A stretch of DNA of 64,000 nucleotides. Source: Eledone cirrhosa. Taxonomy: Eukaryota. The stretch spans positions 19,468,001 through 19,532,000 of the forward strand of contig OZ024741.1 in NCBI GenBank assembly GCA_964016885.1, written 5' to 3'. Under the pieces are notes generated by a model, which was given only the letters and a program-made list of their open reading frames with translations, ran no database searches and was not told where the DNA came from. Within the stretch, counting starts at the first letter, position 1. The number at the start of each line of letters is the position of its first letter. The position numbers and the translations under genes were made by a program. Positions 10,774 to 25,380 of this stretch are shown in pieces.

Positions 10774-10975
10774 TTATAATAAGGGAGTTGTCCATCCGTC
10801 CGTCCTCCCCATTCGTTCGTCCGTCCAGCACGCTCACTTTATATAGAGAGGGGGAGTGCCAAGCGAGAGATATGTACATGGATAGAGAGAAAAAAGGGAA
10901 CACCGTGTGTTTTCGAGATGACAGAAAGAGGTAGATAGAAAGTTATGATGTTGCCCTCATCTGGAGAGAGAGGGT

Positions 10976-11034
<59 letters not shown>

Positions 11035-11059
11035 CGTCGCCCTCATCTAGTATATATAA

Positions 11060-11248
11060 GTGTTTCTACTTTTGGCACATGGCCGGCAAATACCCCAGTG
11101 CATTACTGGTACTTTATTTTATCGACCCCGTAAGGATGAAAGGCAAAGTAAACCTCAGCGGGATTTGAACTCAGACCATAAAGGGCCATAACTCTTTGCT
11201 GCAAAGCATGGTGACCGATCCTCTAGCGATACTGCCAATCCACCACCC
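11060..11248 (-). mobile_element. tRNA-derived SINE, family A
   Basis: Full-length copy; flanking TCTAGTATATA target-site duplication. Confidence 0.9.
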
Positions 11249-11798
11249 TTCTAGTATATAAGATATTAGGAAAATAGTATATTGTATATATTTCATATAC
11301 GTCTCTATTATATATACTGTTCTATTTCTGTTAGGGTATCCGGTCTGGAATAACTACACCATAATCCTATGTGTTGTAAAATATCATTAAAAGGGTAAGG
11401 GCCAGGATAGGCATCCGGCATTAAAACACTGCCTGAAAGGTACCGCCATTATATGTATGAAATGTGTCATGGGATCGCATAACTAACACCTTCCTTAGCA
11501 GGGAAAGTGACCGTAAAAGGTTTCTTGAATACACACACACACGCGCGCGCACGCATATATATATATATATATATATTTCGTTTCTGAATTTGTTTAGCAA
11601 GATTCTTTATCTGAAATCGTGTGTTGAAACCGATATTGTTATACTTTGGGAGGGTCATGTTGCCAATAAGAAACACACGCACCAGTTGCTTTCACTTCAA
11701 TTTATTATATATTTATAAATTTATAAATTTACAAATCTACAAACTTATAAATTTCTGGTTGGTTGGTTGGTTCCACAACCAGATAGTTGTTTATATAT

Positions 11799-11843
11799 AG
11801 TCATAGTCCTTTCGTCACACACTCTGTGACCTCTTCAGTGACT
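11799..11843 (-). ncRNA. Hammerhead in PLE pseudo-LTR
   Basis: Reverse complement of 15319-15363. Confidence 0.75.
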
Positions 11844-12075
11844 GGGGATTCCTTTCTTTGTTTCTGTGCCTTTCCTTTCTTCTATCCTACGCCATTTTGT
11901 TTCTGTGTGTGTGTTGTGTGCTCAGTTTGCGCATGCGCCACATCCGGGTGTCTGTGTGTGTTTGTGTTCATTTATCTATTTGTTTATTTATTTATTTATT
12001 TATTGTTGGTTGGTTGTTTGTTCTATGTGTGTGTGTGTGTTTTCATTTTGTCCTGTGTGTGTTTTCATTTTGTCC

Positions 12076-14217
12076 TTAATTGTAAGTTATGATGTTGCTG
12101 TTCCACTCATATTTTCTATTTAATTTTGGTTGTAATTCTTTTATGCTTACTGCCTCTGTAATTTGCCTAAACATTGCATCTTTTCTGTGTGTGGATTCTA
12201 TTTTTATTTCTATGTTCTCTAATCTACCCCTGTGTTCTATCTTAGCATGTTGGTAGAGCACAGATGATTCTTTATTATCTTGAAGGTCTCGCTAGTGTTC
12301 ATTTATTCGTTCCCCTATACTACGAGCTGTCTCACCTATGTACACTATATTTTTGTTTCTACATTGTCCTTCAGTACATCTTATGCTATACACTACATTT
12401 CTAGTTTTACAGTTAATATGGGGGCTTATTTTACAGGTTATACATTTCTTATCTATACATGAGGGTCTTTGGAACGGGTATGTCTTGCTAATAAGTGTTT
12501 TTACGGAGGTACCTGGTCTTTCTACTATCTTAATATTGAGATTATGTTTATTTAGGGCCCTTCTAAATTTGTAGGCTAGTTCGCCTCTAGGGGTTGTATT
12601 GATGAACATTACACTCTGGTATTTATTGCTATCATACCATGAGTTTATTCTATTGGCCTTGTTCCTAGTTCTTTCTATTCTATTCCAAAATTTGCTCCTA
12701 TACAAGGGGCAGGTCCCATTTATGTCATTATTTACCATTTTTTCCCATTTGGTTCTGGCTCCTTTATACACTCTGATTCTATCTCTCTGATTGTAGCCAG
12801 AGAACTGCATACGGTGGATGAAGTGTTGTATGTGTCTCTCTAGTTCTTCGGGGTTGCACATGCGGGACACATTTCTCATCACCCGTACCAAATCCGCAAT
12901 CAGTATGTTGATTTTGGTATGGTCCGAAATGGCCGAGTTTCGGTGGATCAGATGTTTGGAAGTCATGGGTTTGGCATAATGGGAATGGAGGATTTGTTTT
13001 TGGTTGTTAATGGTATCTAACCAGAGCTCTGTGTCTAGTACAGGTAATCGATGGTTGGGGTGTCTACTTGGGTAGTCTATAGTAACTCTAATGCTCTGGT
13101 GGATGGAGTTTGCTATTTGCTGGATGCTTTCCATTGTGTTTTTCTCTAGTTCCTGACTGTTCTTTAGTGGGGGTGTCTTAACTACGATGTTTATATCATC
13201 TACGTAGCGGGAGTACATTATCAAGGTTAAGCTGTCTTCTAATAGTTCATTAAGTTTTTGTTTAAGTCTACTGTCCCACCATACCATGAATAAGTTAGCT
13301 ATGTCGCCTGCAATGCTAACACCAATGGCTGCTCCTTCCTCTTGGGCATATGTTTTACCATTAAATTTGAACATATGTTCCTTAAGGGTTAATTTTATGC
13401 TGGCCCCTACCGCATGTGCAATCATTTTCTTCAGTTCATCGTGGTTTTCGGGTGTCCGTATGGCTCTGGTCCACCCGTTCCATCTATCTGTGTGGGTTTT
13501 CTTGGCCATTGAGGTAATGGTAGGTGGTCTGCCTCTTGCTGGTCTTGTAGGGCACAGGTTGCTAAGGTCATAAGTGTCTAGGTAACTATTACTATGGGTA
13601 AGCTTAAGTAGAAGTCCCAGCTCACTGGTATCAATCCCACGGAACTCAACTTTGCTCTCGCTGATCATTTCTACGCATTTCTCCACAGCAAAATCCACGT
13701 CAATAGATGGATACAGGGACACAACATCCATACTGCCTATTATGCAGTTTGTTAGGTCCCCAGATCGGTTACCCGCGCCGATTCTGCTGAGGAGGTCCTC
13801 CGTGCTGTCACACACATCTGGGGACATCTCAATGATGGGGTGTATGATCAGGGAGAGGAAGTAGGACAGTCTGTAGTTACTAGCAATGTTAGCTCCACAG
13901 ACTGGCCGTGTTGGTGGTCCCGCGACAGGGTCACAGCCCGTTTTATGGTCTTTTCGAAGCCCATACAACGCCGGCACGTCATTGTTCCAGGCCTGGAAGT
14001 TGTTGGCAGTCCTTTTGTTGGGCTGCATTATATTCGTCCACATCACCATATGGGCATTGAGGGCTTTTTCTCTATCCTCATGCTCCTGTGGTGTTACCTC
14101 TCTTGTGTTAGTGATGTGGGGTTGCATTGCCTGGATGTAGTTTGGCAGGCTGTCAACCGACATTCTGCCAGACTTGTCTGTTGGAAAGCATGCTATCTCT
14201 CCCTTACGCGAGCGCTG
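12076..14217 (-). pseudogene. PLE RT plus GIY-YIG polyprotein, 5'-truncated, one premature TAG at 12292-12294
   Basis: Motifs PPTRPVC, GSMDVVSLYPSI, QEEGAAIG, YSRYVDD, Cys-rich linker CIDKKCITC, VVY..YIGET..R..EH. The frame resumes after the stop (12076-12261). Confidence 0.93.
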
Positions 14218-15110
14218 CCATGACTTCCAAACATCTGATCCACCGAAACTCGGCCATTTCGGACCATACCAAAATCAACATACTGATTGCGGATTTGGTA
14301 CGGGTGATGAGAAATGTGTCCCGCATGTGAAACCCCGAAGAACTAGAGAGACACATACAACACTTCATCCACCGTATGCAGTTCTCTGGCTATAATCAGA
14401 GAGATAGAATCAGAGTGTATAGAGGAGCCAGAACCAAATGGGAAAAAATGGTAAATAATGACATAAATGGGACCTGCCCCTTGTATAGGAGCAAATTTTG
14501 GAATAGAATAGAAAGAACTAGGAACAAGGCCAATAGAATAAACTCATAGTATGATAGCAATAAATACCAGAGTGTAATGTTCATCAATACAACCCCTAGA
14601 GCCGAACTAGCCTACAAATTTAGAAGGGCCCTAAATAAACATAAACTCAATATTAAGATAGTAGAAAGACCAGGTACCTCCGTAAAAACACTTATTAGCA
14701 AGACATACCCGTTCCAAAGACCCTCATGTATAGATAAGAAATGTATAACCTGTAAAATAAGCCCCCATATTAACTGTAAAACTAGAAATGTAGTGTATAG
14801 CATAAGATGTACTGAAGGACAATGTAGAAACAAAAATATAGTGTACATAGGTGAGACAGCTCGTAGTATAGGGGAACGAATAAATGAACACTGGCGAGAC
14901 CTTCAAGATAATAAAGAATCATCTGTGCTCTACCAACATGCTAAGATAGAACACAGGGGTAGATTAGAGAACATAGAAATAAAAATAGAATCCACACACA
15001 GAAAAGATGCAATGTTTAGGCAAATTACAGAGGCAGTAAGCATAAAAGAATTACAACCAAAATTAAATAGAAAATATGAGTGGAACAGCAACATCACAAC
15101 TTACAATTAA
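14218..15110 (+). pseudogene. Inverted copy of PLE thumb plus GIY-YIG coding region
   Basis: Same protein as the minus arm, with private stops near 14328 and 14547; endonuclease open in 14577-15110. Confidence 0.9.
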
Positions 15111-15318
15111 GGACAAAATGAAAACACACACACACATAGAACAAACAACCAACCAACAATAAATAAATAAATAAATAAACAAATAGATAAATGAACACAA
15201 ACACACACAGACACCCGGATGTGGCGCATGCGCAAACTGAGCACACAACACACACACAGAAACAAAATGGCGTAGGATAGAAGAAAGGAAAGGCACAGAA
15301 ACAAAGAAAGGAATCCCC

Positions 15319-15363
15319 AGTCACTGAAGAGGTCACAGAGTGTGTGACGAAAGGACTATGACT
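15319..15363 (+). ncRNA. Hammerhead in PLE pseudo-LTR
   Basis: AGTCA-CTGAAGA-G-GTCACA(GAGTG)TGTGAC-GAAA-GGAC-TA-TGACT. Confidence 0.75.
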
Positions 15364-15521
15364 ATATATAAACAACTATCTGGTTGTGGAACCAACCAAC
15401 CAACCAGAAATTTATAAGTTTGTAGATTTGTAAATTTATAAATTTATAAATATATAATAAATTGAAGTGAAAGCAACTGGTGCGTGTGTTTCTTATTGGC
15501 AACATGACCCTCCCAAAGTAT

Positions 15522-15570
<49 letters not shown>

Positions 15571-15648
15571 AGCTTTTCCCGTTTAGGGTGAAAGCAGAAA
15601 TTCTTTTCTTAAACTTTAATCTGTACTAATAATAAATATTTGCTCTAC

Positions 15649-15711
<63 letters not shown>

Positions 15712-15717
15712 TATATA

Positions 15718-15783
<66 letters not shown>

Positions 15784-15810
15784 CAACTACAATTTTCCCA
15801 TATATGGAAT

Positions 15811-15906
15811 TGCCCCTTGAAAAGTTCGCCTATTTATTACCATGCTAAAAATCTAATTTAGTTCAGAAATAGCCGTCGAAACGGCTTGAGCTCTGCCGTC
15901 AGTGTC
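15811..15906 (+). ncRNA. Decayed hammerhead with U3-A8 core and full stem III
   Basis: TTGAAAA at 15817, stem II CTATTT/AAATAG, GAAA-CGGC(TTGAGCTCT)GCCG-TC. Stem I pairs poorly. Lies in a 140-bp island between (TA)n tracts. Confidence 0.5.
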
Positions 15907-15987
15907 TTGAACATTTTACTATATATATATATATATTATCATCATCATCATCATCATCGTTTAACGTCATGATGATGATGATGATGA

Positions 15988-16063
<76 letters not shown>

Positions 16064-16073
16064 AATATATATA

Positions 16074-16865
16074 TCTGTATATATATATAAAGCTGTAGTT
16101 TTCAGTATGTTTGTGTATATGTGTTTGGACAATTTTTAATGAGGGCTCATATATTCTAAACCATTCATGCGATTTCTTTGAAATTTTTTACAGAGCTTCT
16201 CCTTGCATAAAACCTGTACATGGTCTACAAAGGCTTTAAAAAATCGATATTGGGGCCTTTGGAGACATTAAAAAAGTTTCGGTTATTTGTGTGAATTTTC
16301 GTGACAAGAGTTATCTTGCGTAATTCAGCTCATTCGGATTTTAATTTATTCTTTGTACTTGAAAGAAAGAGACTAACAATATAATTTTGTATATTTCACA
16401 ACCAGCAATTTCTAACAGATTACTAAGTTAAGTTATAGATATGACATTGTATAATTTAGCGTTCCAAGCTTGATGTTCATACATTAAATGCTGTCATAAC
16501 TTTTACAATATTATGCTTAAATTTATCGAAAGGATGGTTTATACATCAAAGACTTAAAATTATTCTATCTTTTCGCGTTGATTAGACTACGTTTCTGACA
16601 CATAATTTAGTTATTAGCAATTTCTAACAGATTACTAAGTTAAGTTATAGATTTGACATTGTATAATTTATAGTTTCAAGCTTGATGTTCATACATTAAG
16701 TGATATCATAACTTTTACAATATTATGTTTTTCGCTGGAATAGTGCCTAAGGTTTTCATGTTTACATAAAGTACGTTTTTCTTCTATGTATTCAAATTTA
16801 CTTTGTTTAGTTTAATGAGCTACATTGAAAGCTACTTGAACCGTCCAAAGGACGGGTAGTTTAGC

Positions 16866-16868
<3 letters not shown>
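16074..16868 (+). mobile_element. Non-autonomous Helitron
   Basis: 5' TC-(TA)n-AAAG start; 3' hairpin CCGTCC-AAA-GGACGG followed by CTAC (for CTAG); internal ~110-bp duplication near 16404 and 16616. Confidence 0.7.
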
Positions 16869-16924
<56 letters not shown>

Positions 16925-16929
16925 CACAC

Positions 16930-17455
16930 AGTTCAAGAGTAACCAATCTTAAAGAGAGAGATGGAGATAGGAGAAGAGATATGAGAGGAGAAATTGGTGA
17001 ATTAGTTAGAAGCCAATATTAATAATAATAATGTCAGTTTACAATTCTTTCGCTACTCCATATAATATTTCTAGATCAGATGACTATATATCATAATTGA
17101 TCTGGTTCAGTGGAAAATAATTAACATATCGTAACTTCAAAGGTAGTAAAAACCAATATATGGAACATTATGTAACATTATCTCATTATTTTAATCAATA
17201 TTCCTTTGAAGTTCCGATGAGCCGCTCTGTCTTTTGAATATGTTCAATATTTTCAACTGAGCCAGATCAATTATGATATATAGTCATCTGATCCAGAAAT
17301 ATTATATGGAGTAGCGAAACAATTGTAAACGGACATTATTATTATTAATATTATTATTATTCTCTACATTCCTTACATCAAACTAAAATATGTTGACAAT
17401 CTTTTAATAGTGTCTTCCTTGTGAAATTTGTGGTCTTGTTTTGCTTAACTAATGA
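16930..17455 (+). mobile_element. ORF-less fold-back cassette with hammerhead
   Basis: 105-bp inverted repeat 17015-17119/17248-17352, between (TA)n tracts. Confidence 0.75.
17211..17330 (+). ncRNA. Hammerhead with ~95-nt stem II, core U4C substitution
   Basis: GTT-CCGATGA-GCCGCTCTGT..ATGGAGTAGC-GAAA-C(AATT)G-TA-AAC. Confidence 0.65.
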
Positions 17456-17475
17456 ATATATATATATATATACAC

Positions 17476-17591
<116 letters not shown>

Positions 17592-17596
17592 ATATA

Positions 17597-17700
<104 letters not shown>

Positions 17701-18069
17701 CATTCTGTCATTACTACAACTACAATTCACTTGAAAAAAATCACATCCTGGTATCTTAAAAGATATGAAAGCCATGATGGAGGATGTAGTGTCGACTGTT
17801 ATTAGAAAATGGGATTGTCACGACTGGAAGATCTTCCAGATTAAGATTGAGCATGTCTAAAGAAGAGCGACGAAACAAATACAACCGAAACAACTATAAT
17901 AGCAACTACTACAATAACAGCAGCAACTAAACAAAAAAACTACCATAACAATAACAACTACAATAACAACAACTACTACAATAAAAACAACAACTGAAGC
18001 GTCCTACCACTGTCTGAATTAATGGGTCGCTTGAGATGGCGAAGAGGAGGAATTAAAAACCTTCAAAAT

Positions 18070-18197
<128 letters not shown>

Positions 18198-18251
18198 TAC
18201 ACACACGCACGCTGACAACTGTAACAGAGGAGGTTATATGCAAAGTCAGAT

Positions 18252-19310
18252 TTGACGACTTTGGCTGGCAACAGCCCCCCCCCCACTTACCAGTCAGAAA
18301 CAGTGGCCCAGGTCTCCGGTCTCGTTGGCTTTGTCAGCGTTTCTTTCGTCGATAACCTCTTGCCGTGTCCTTATCAACAGGGTTCTCCACAACACAACAG
18401 AACCCACTGTCATCGAGAAACGCGAGGCCGCCTGCGAGAGTTAGAACCGGGTTGGACTCCAGTGTGTAGACGTCCCTTTTCTCCCTGCCCTTTCCTCTGT
18501 AGACGTCAAATCCCCTCAGAGTACATGGGATGCCATCCAGTGCAGCATGGCTTCAGACAGGCTAGCGCACCAATTCGACCAGCACCGCCTTGTATGTTTT
18601 CGCTCGGCCTTGCAACCCCACAGCGGTGCCTGGCCAATGTCTTGCCTTCTTTTTCGACTGGCACGCAGCTGGATAATGGTAACCTGCAAATCGGGGTTTC
18701 TCTGAGGCTGGGCCTCCAGATCTGCGAACCACATAAATGTCGCTGCGGATCAACTGTAGTCTCTTTCGGAATCCACAAGTTATACTATCGCTACAATGTC
18801 GACCGCCTTCCACGCCATGCAGCTCTCAACGAGATCATAAAGCATGGCTTGGATTATGTAGGCCTCCCCTCCCAGCTCGAGCCATAGGGGCTGGACCGAG
18901 GGGACGGCAAAATGTCAGACGATATGACCATTTTCCCGTTCCGTGGTGGTAAACCCCTCATCTGGGATGCCATATGCAGCGACACCTTCCTCAGCGGCAA
19001 CCTGGTGTAGTCTGCGACTCATCCAGGCTCTGCTGCATTTGGGCCGAGGAGGGTAAACTCTCCAAATAACAGTCGCTCTCCGACATGTTTGCGGTCGACT
19101 CCGTAGGAGTGGAGACCTCTGGTGTCCTTGGCCCTACGACCACCTCCCTACTCACCACCATCGAACAGCATTGGCTACCCGCAGGTGTGAGCCTCGCGAG
19201 CTGGAATGGCTCTTCCAACACGTCGCCCTCACCATCCTTCGGGGATACCCCTCTCTATTCTATCCGCAGAGACCACGGGGCGGCCAGCGCGTGTACTCCT
19301 ATTTGTACAT
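18252..19310 (+). mobile_element. Decayed CRE-type non-LTR retrotransposon 3' fragment (CCHC plus restriction-like endonuclease)
   Basis: GVSLRLGLQICEPHKCRCG..H..RHAALNEIIK..LPSQLEP*GLDRGDGK..TIFPFRGGKPLIWDAIC..WLFQHVALTILRG. Confidence 0.85.
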
Positions 19311-19544
19311 AATAGTGAGGGATGGGGAGAGCAAGAGAGACGGAGGTAGTGAAAGAGAGAGAAGATCAACATACACACACTTGATAAGACAAAGAAAGTT
19401 GAGAAAATATATTATCATCAACAGAATATGGCAATGTAATATTTGATTCATGAAAGGCCGGGATTGTCACAGCTGGAGTACTTTTAAAGTTCTGCTTGAT
19501 TTGAGCCAACTGGTGTTAAAAAACAAGAAGAGCATCGCCGCCGC

Positions 19545-19809
19545 CACCATCACCACCACCATCACCACCACCATCACCACACCCACCACCACCAACACCG
19601 CCACAACCACCAGCACCAATACCACGGCCAGCAGCAGCAGCACCACCACTAACACCACCACCACCATCTACACCACCACCACCACCACCACCACCACCAC
19701 CACCACCACCACCAACAACAACACCACCACCACCACCACCACCACCACCACCACCACCACCACCACCACCACCACCACCACCACCACCACCACCACCACC
19801 ACCACCACC

Positions 19810-19873
<64 letters not shown>

Positions 19874-19955
19874 CCACCACCACCACCACCACCACCACCA
19901 CCACCACCACCACCACCACCACCACCACAGCCGCCGCCACCACCACTACAACCAT
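19545..19955. repeat. (ACC)n/(AAC)n microsatellite
   Basis: Directly visible. Confidence 0.95.
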
Positions 19956-20382
19956 AGACAACTTGTTACCGATACTGGTATTCAAATAAATTACATCAAT
20001 TCATTATACAACATATTTGTTATTCAGCCTTTGATATTCCCAACATAAATTAGGTTTTTATGTTACTCGTCTCTTTCTTTCTATTACAGATCAAAGACAG
20101 ACGTAGAAACAACAACAGCAACAACAACAACAGCAACAACCACAGCAACAGCAACAACAACGGCAACAACAACAACAACAAAAAAGCAACAACAACAACA
20201 ACAACAGCCACAACAACAATAGCAGTAGCAACAACGACAACAACAACAACAACAGCAGTAATGACAACACCTACAACAACAAAAACAGCAACAACAACAA
20301 CAACAACAACAAACAACAACACAACACTACACATATCCCAAACCTACGCAGAGTTCTGCCCGGTAATGTAATGACAACACGC

Positions 20383-22150
20383 AATAACAGTAATAACAAC
20401 AATAACAGCAATAACAGCAATAACAACAATAACAGTAATAACAGTAATAACAACAATAACAGCAATAACAACAATAACAGTAATAACAGCAATAACAACA
20501 ATAACAGTAATAACAGTAATAACAACAATAACAATAATAACAACAATAACAGTAATAACAGCAATAACAGTAATAACAACAATAACAACAATAACAGTAA
20601 TAACAGTAATAACAACAATAACAATAATAACAACAATAACAGTAATAACAGCAATAACAACAATAACAGTAATAACAGTAATAACAGCAATAACAACAAT
20701 AACAACAATAACAGTAATAACAGTAATAACAACAATAACAATAATAACAACAATAACAGTAATAACAGTAATAACAACAATAACAATAATAACAACAATA
20801 ACAACAATAACAGTAATAACAGCAATAACAGTAATAACAACAATAACAGCAATAACAGCAATAACAACAACAACAGCAATAACAACAATAACAGCAATAA
20901 CAGCAATAACAACAATAACAGTAATAACAGCAATAACAGCAATAACAACAATACCAACAATACCAACAATAACAACAATAACAACAATAACAACAATAAC
21001 AGTAATAACAACAATAACAGTAATAACAACAATAACAACAATAACAGTAATAACAACAATAACAACAACAGCAATAACAACAATAACAGCAATAACAGTA
21101 ATAACAACAATAACAGTAATAACAGTAATAACAACAATAACAACAATAACAGCAATAACAGCAATAACAACAATAACAACAACAGCAATAACAACAATAA
21201 CAGCAATAACAGTAATAACAACAATAACAACAATAACAGCAATAACAGTAATAACAACAATAACAACAATAACAGCAATAACAGTAATAACAACAATAAC
21301 AACAATAACAGCAATAACAGCAATAACAACAATAACAACAACAGCAATAACAACAATAACAGCAATAACAGTAATAACAACAATAACAACAATAACAGCA
21401 ATAACAGTAATAACAACAATAACAACAATAACAGCAATAACAGTAATAACAACAATAACAACAATAACAGCAATAACAGCAATAACAACAATAACAACAA
21501 CAGCAATAACAACAATAACAGCAATAACAGTAATAACAACAATAACAACAATAACAGCAATAACAGTAATAACAACAATAACAACAATAACAGCAATAAC
21601 AGTAATAACAACAATAACAACAATAACAGCAATAACAGTAATAACAACAATAACAACAATAACAGCAATAACAGTAATAACAACAATAACAACAATAACA
21701 GCAATAACAGTAATAACAACAATAACAACAATAACAGCAATAACAGTAATAACAACAATAACAACAATAACAGCAATAACAGTAATAACAACAATAACAA
21801 CAATAACAGCAATAACAGCAATAACAACAATAACAACAACAACAATAACAACAATAACAGCAATAACAGTAATAACAACAATAACAACAATAACAGCAAT
21901 AACAGCAATAACAACAATAACAACAACAACAATAACAACGATAACAGCAATAACAGTAATAACAACAATAACAACGATAACAGTAATAACAGTAATAACA
22001 ACAATAACAACGATAACAGCAATAACAGTAATAACAACAATAACAACAATAACAGTAATAACAACAATAACAACAATAACAGCAATAACAGTAATAACAA
22101 CAATAACAGTAATAACAGTAATAACAGTAATAACAGTAATAACAGTAATG
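20383..22150. repeat. 1.77-kb satellite of 9-bp units AATAAC(AAC/AGC/AGT) with 36-bp higher-order period
   Basis: Directly visible; the four-unit order AGC, AGT, AAC, AAC recurs through ~21200-21800. Confidence 0.95.
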
Positions 22151-22158
22151 ATGATAAA

Positions 22159-23075
22159 AATGGTTTCTAATTTAAGCACAAGGCCAGCAATTTGCTGTGT
22201 GTGTGTGGGGGGGGGGGGGGTCGATAAAATCGGCGCCAGCTCTTGACTGGTGCATTATATTATCGATCCCTTAAGGATGAAAGGCGAGATTTGAACCCAG
22301 AAGACAAAGAGCCGCAGCTAATCGCCATTTTGTCCGGCGATCTACCGATTCTACTAATCCATCAGCCACTAATGATAATCATAATTATAATGGCGTCTCA
22401 TTTAGGCTCAAGGCCAGCAATATTGGGCGTGGGGAGAGGAAAGTCGATTAAATTGAGCCCCAGCGCGTTGCTGGTACATTATTTTATTGATCTTGTAAAG
22501 ATGAAAGGCAAAGCTAACCTCGGCGGAATTTGAACTCAGAACGTAAAGGACCGTAACTCTATGCTGCAAAGAATGTTGTGTGGTGCTCTACAGATACTGC
22601 CTAAAATAATAATTGTTTCTACTTTTGGCACAAGGCCAGCAAATTACCCCAGTGTATTACTGGTACTTTATTTTCTCGACCCCGTAAGGATGAGAGGCAA
22701 AGTTAACCACGGCCGGATTTGAACTCAGACCATAAAGGGACGTAACTCTTTGCTGCAAAGCATGGCGTCCGACCCTCTACCGATACTACCATTCCACCAC
22801 CCTGTACTGCCTAAGACAATCATAACAACAGTAGCAGCAACATAAACAATAATAAAAATAACATTCTGGCCTAAAGCCAGGAATTTTCTAGGAGCTAAGG
22901 GGAATAATAGATTATATCGACCTAGTTTGCACTTGATTTGTTAATCTTTTATCGATCCCCACACTGCCCCATCACAAAGATCAAAGACAAAGTTGACCCT
23001 GGCGGTCGGATTTAAAATTAGTACGATTGAGGACATAACTAAAATACCGCAGGTCATTCTGTCCAATGTCCGATA
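22159..23075 (-). mobile_element. Cluster of four tandem tRNA-derived SINEs (family A and relatives)
   Basis: Copies at about 22159-22370, 22391-22600, 22612-22802 and 22865-23075, each with AAGGCCAGCAA..GATGAAAGGC..ATTTGAACTCAGA or decayed versions. Confidence 0.8.
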
Positions 23076-23126
23076 TACTCATTATCCTGTGCTCCTCATG
23101 CCAGGAATAAAAGAGGTTCTTTTTCT

Positions 23127-23270
23127 AGGCGGAGTTGTTAGAACGTCACAGAGAATAAGTTGTGGTATTTGTTTCGCTTCTGTATTCTCTGAGTTCAAAT
23201 CCCGCTGGGGTCAACTTAGCCTTTCATCCTTTCGATGTCGATAAAAAAGTACTAATCTAATACTGAGGGT
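23127..23270 (+). mobile_element. tRNA-derived SINE, 3'-truncated
   Basis: GAGTTCAAATCCC B-box and GCCTTTCATCCTTTCGATGTCGATAAA core. Confidence 0.7.
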
Positions 23271-23271
23271 G

Positions 23272-24521
<1,250 letters not shown>

Positions 24522-24528
24522 ATATATA

Positions 24529-24760
24529 TGTAAAAGGTAAACAACACAATCGGTACAGTATATGGAAGGGATATATTAGGTTAACGCTTGGTATAGCAGG
24601 AAGAGGGTCTTAACGTTTCGGACGCTAGTTCTTCATCAGAAGAAAGAATGAGAAATAAGTTAGATTGAGAGGACGGTGGGTTGTAATTGGAAAAAAATGT
24701 CTTTAGATAAAAATAACAGGTCCATTCATGTTGACATCTCTTATCAATTTTTATCCTTCT
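24529..24760 (-). mobile_element. Short non-coding PLE-like element with minimal hammerhead (24608-24643)
   Basis: TCTT-CTGATGA-A-GAAC(TAGC)GTCC-GAAA-CG-TT-AAGA; homologous to 43472-43716. Confidence 0.75.
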
Positions 24761-25062
24761 TTGGAAGAAATTTGTTCAGGCCTTGAGATGGATGGGCTCC
24801 ACCAGGCTTCAAATGCCCAAGAAAGGCCGTATGACACTGGGGCGCCCCTACAACACCATCAGGAGTTACGGGACTATGCAGACATACATCCATAGTTTTA
24901 CTGGTTTCAGTCATTAGAACGTGATAATATTAAGGCATCATGTATGAGATTTATATCGATCACAGTATTTCTTTTTCCCCAAGTTTGGTACTTAATTTAT
25001 CGATCTCTAATTGTTCATCTACTAAGTTACGGCCCATAAACAAACAGTAAACGTAAACTCAA

Positions 25063-25150
<88 letters not shown>

Positions 25151-25349
25151 TTGAAAAAATGAAAAGAATGACTTCATTTGTAGTTGCTATTCTAAAAAAA
25201 TATATTTTTATAATTTTACTATATGCATCTAATAAGTCCTTTGTTAACTGAATTTTTTTAAAAATCCTGCTTAACCTTCTGGAGACTTCTGGAGAACTTT
25301 CTCGCATTCGATTTAAATTTGTAATGTGTTGGTGTATACATAAAGAATT

Positions 25350-25380
<31 letters not shown>

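Larger units (their letters stand above)
11575..15527 (-). mobile_element. Penelope-like element (Neptune-like) with a 1.3-kb inverted duplication of its 3' part
   Basis: Minus arm 11575-14217 (tail, pLTR, EN, RT). Plus arm 14218-15527 is a near-identical reverse complement of 11636-12968. (TA)n at both ends. Confidence 0.95.

Noticed and set aside
12292-14549. Programmed readthrough or selenocysteine recoding of PLE stops
   Set aside because: Stops are mostly TAG and private to one arm, so they are post-insertion mutations.
20271-22179. 600-aa poly-Leu, Val/Ile and Asn/Ser ORFs
   Set aside because: Translations of a stop-free trinucleotide satellite; no evidence of a gene.
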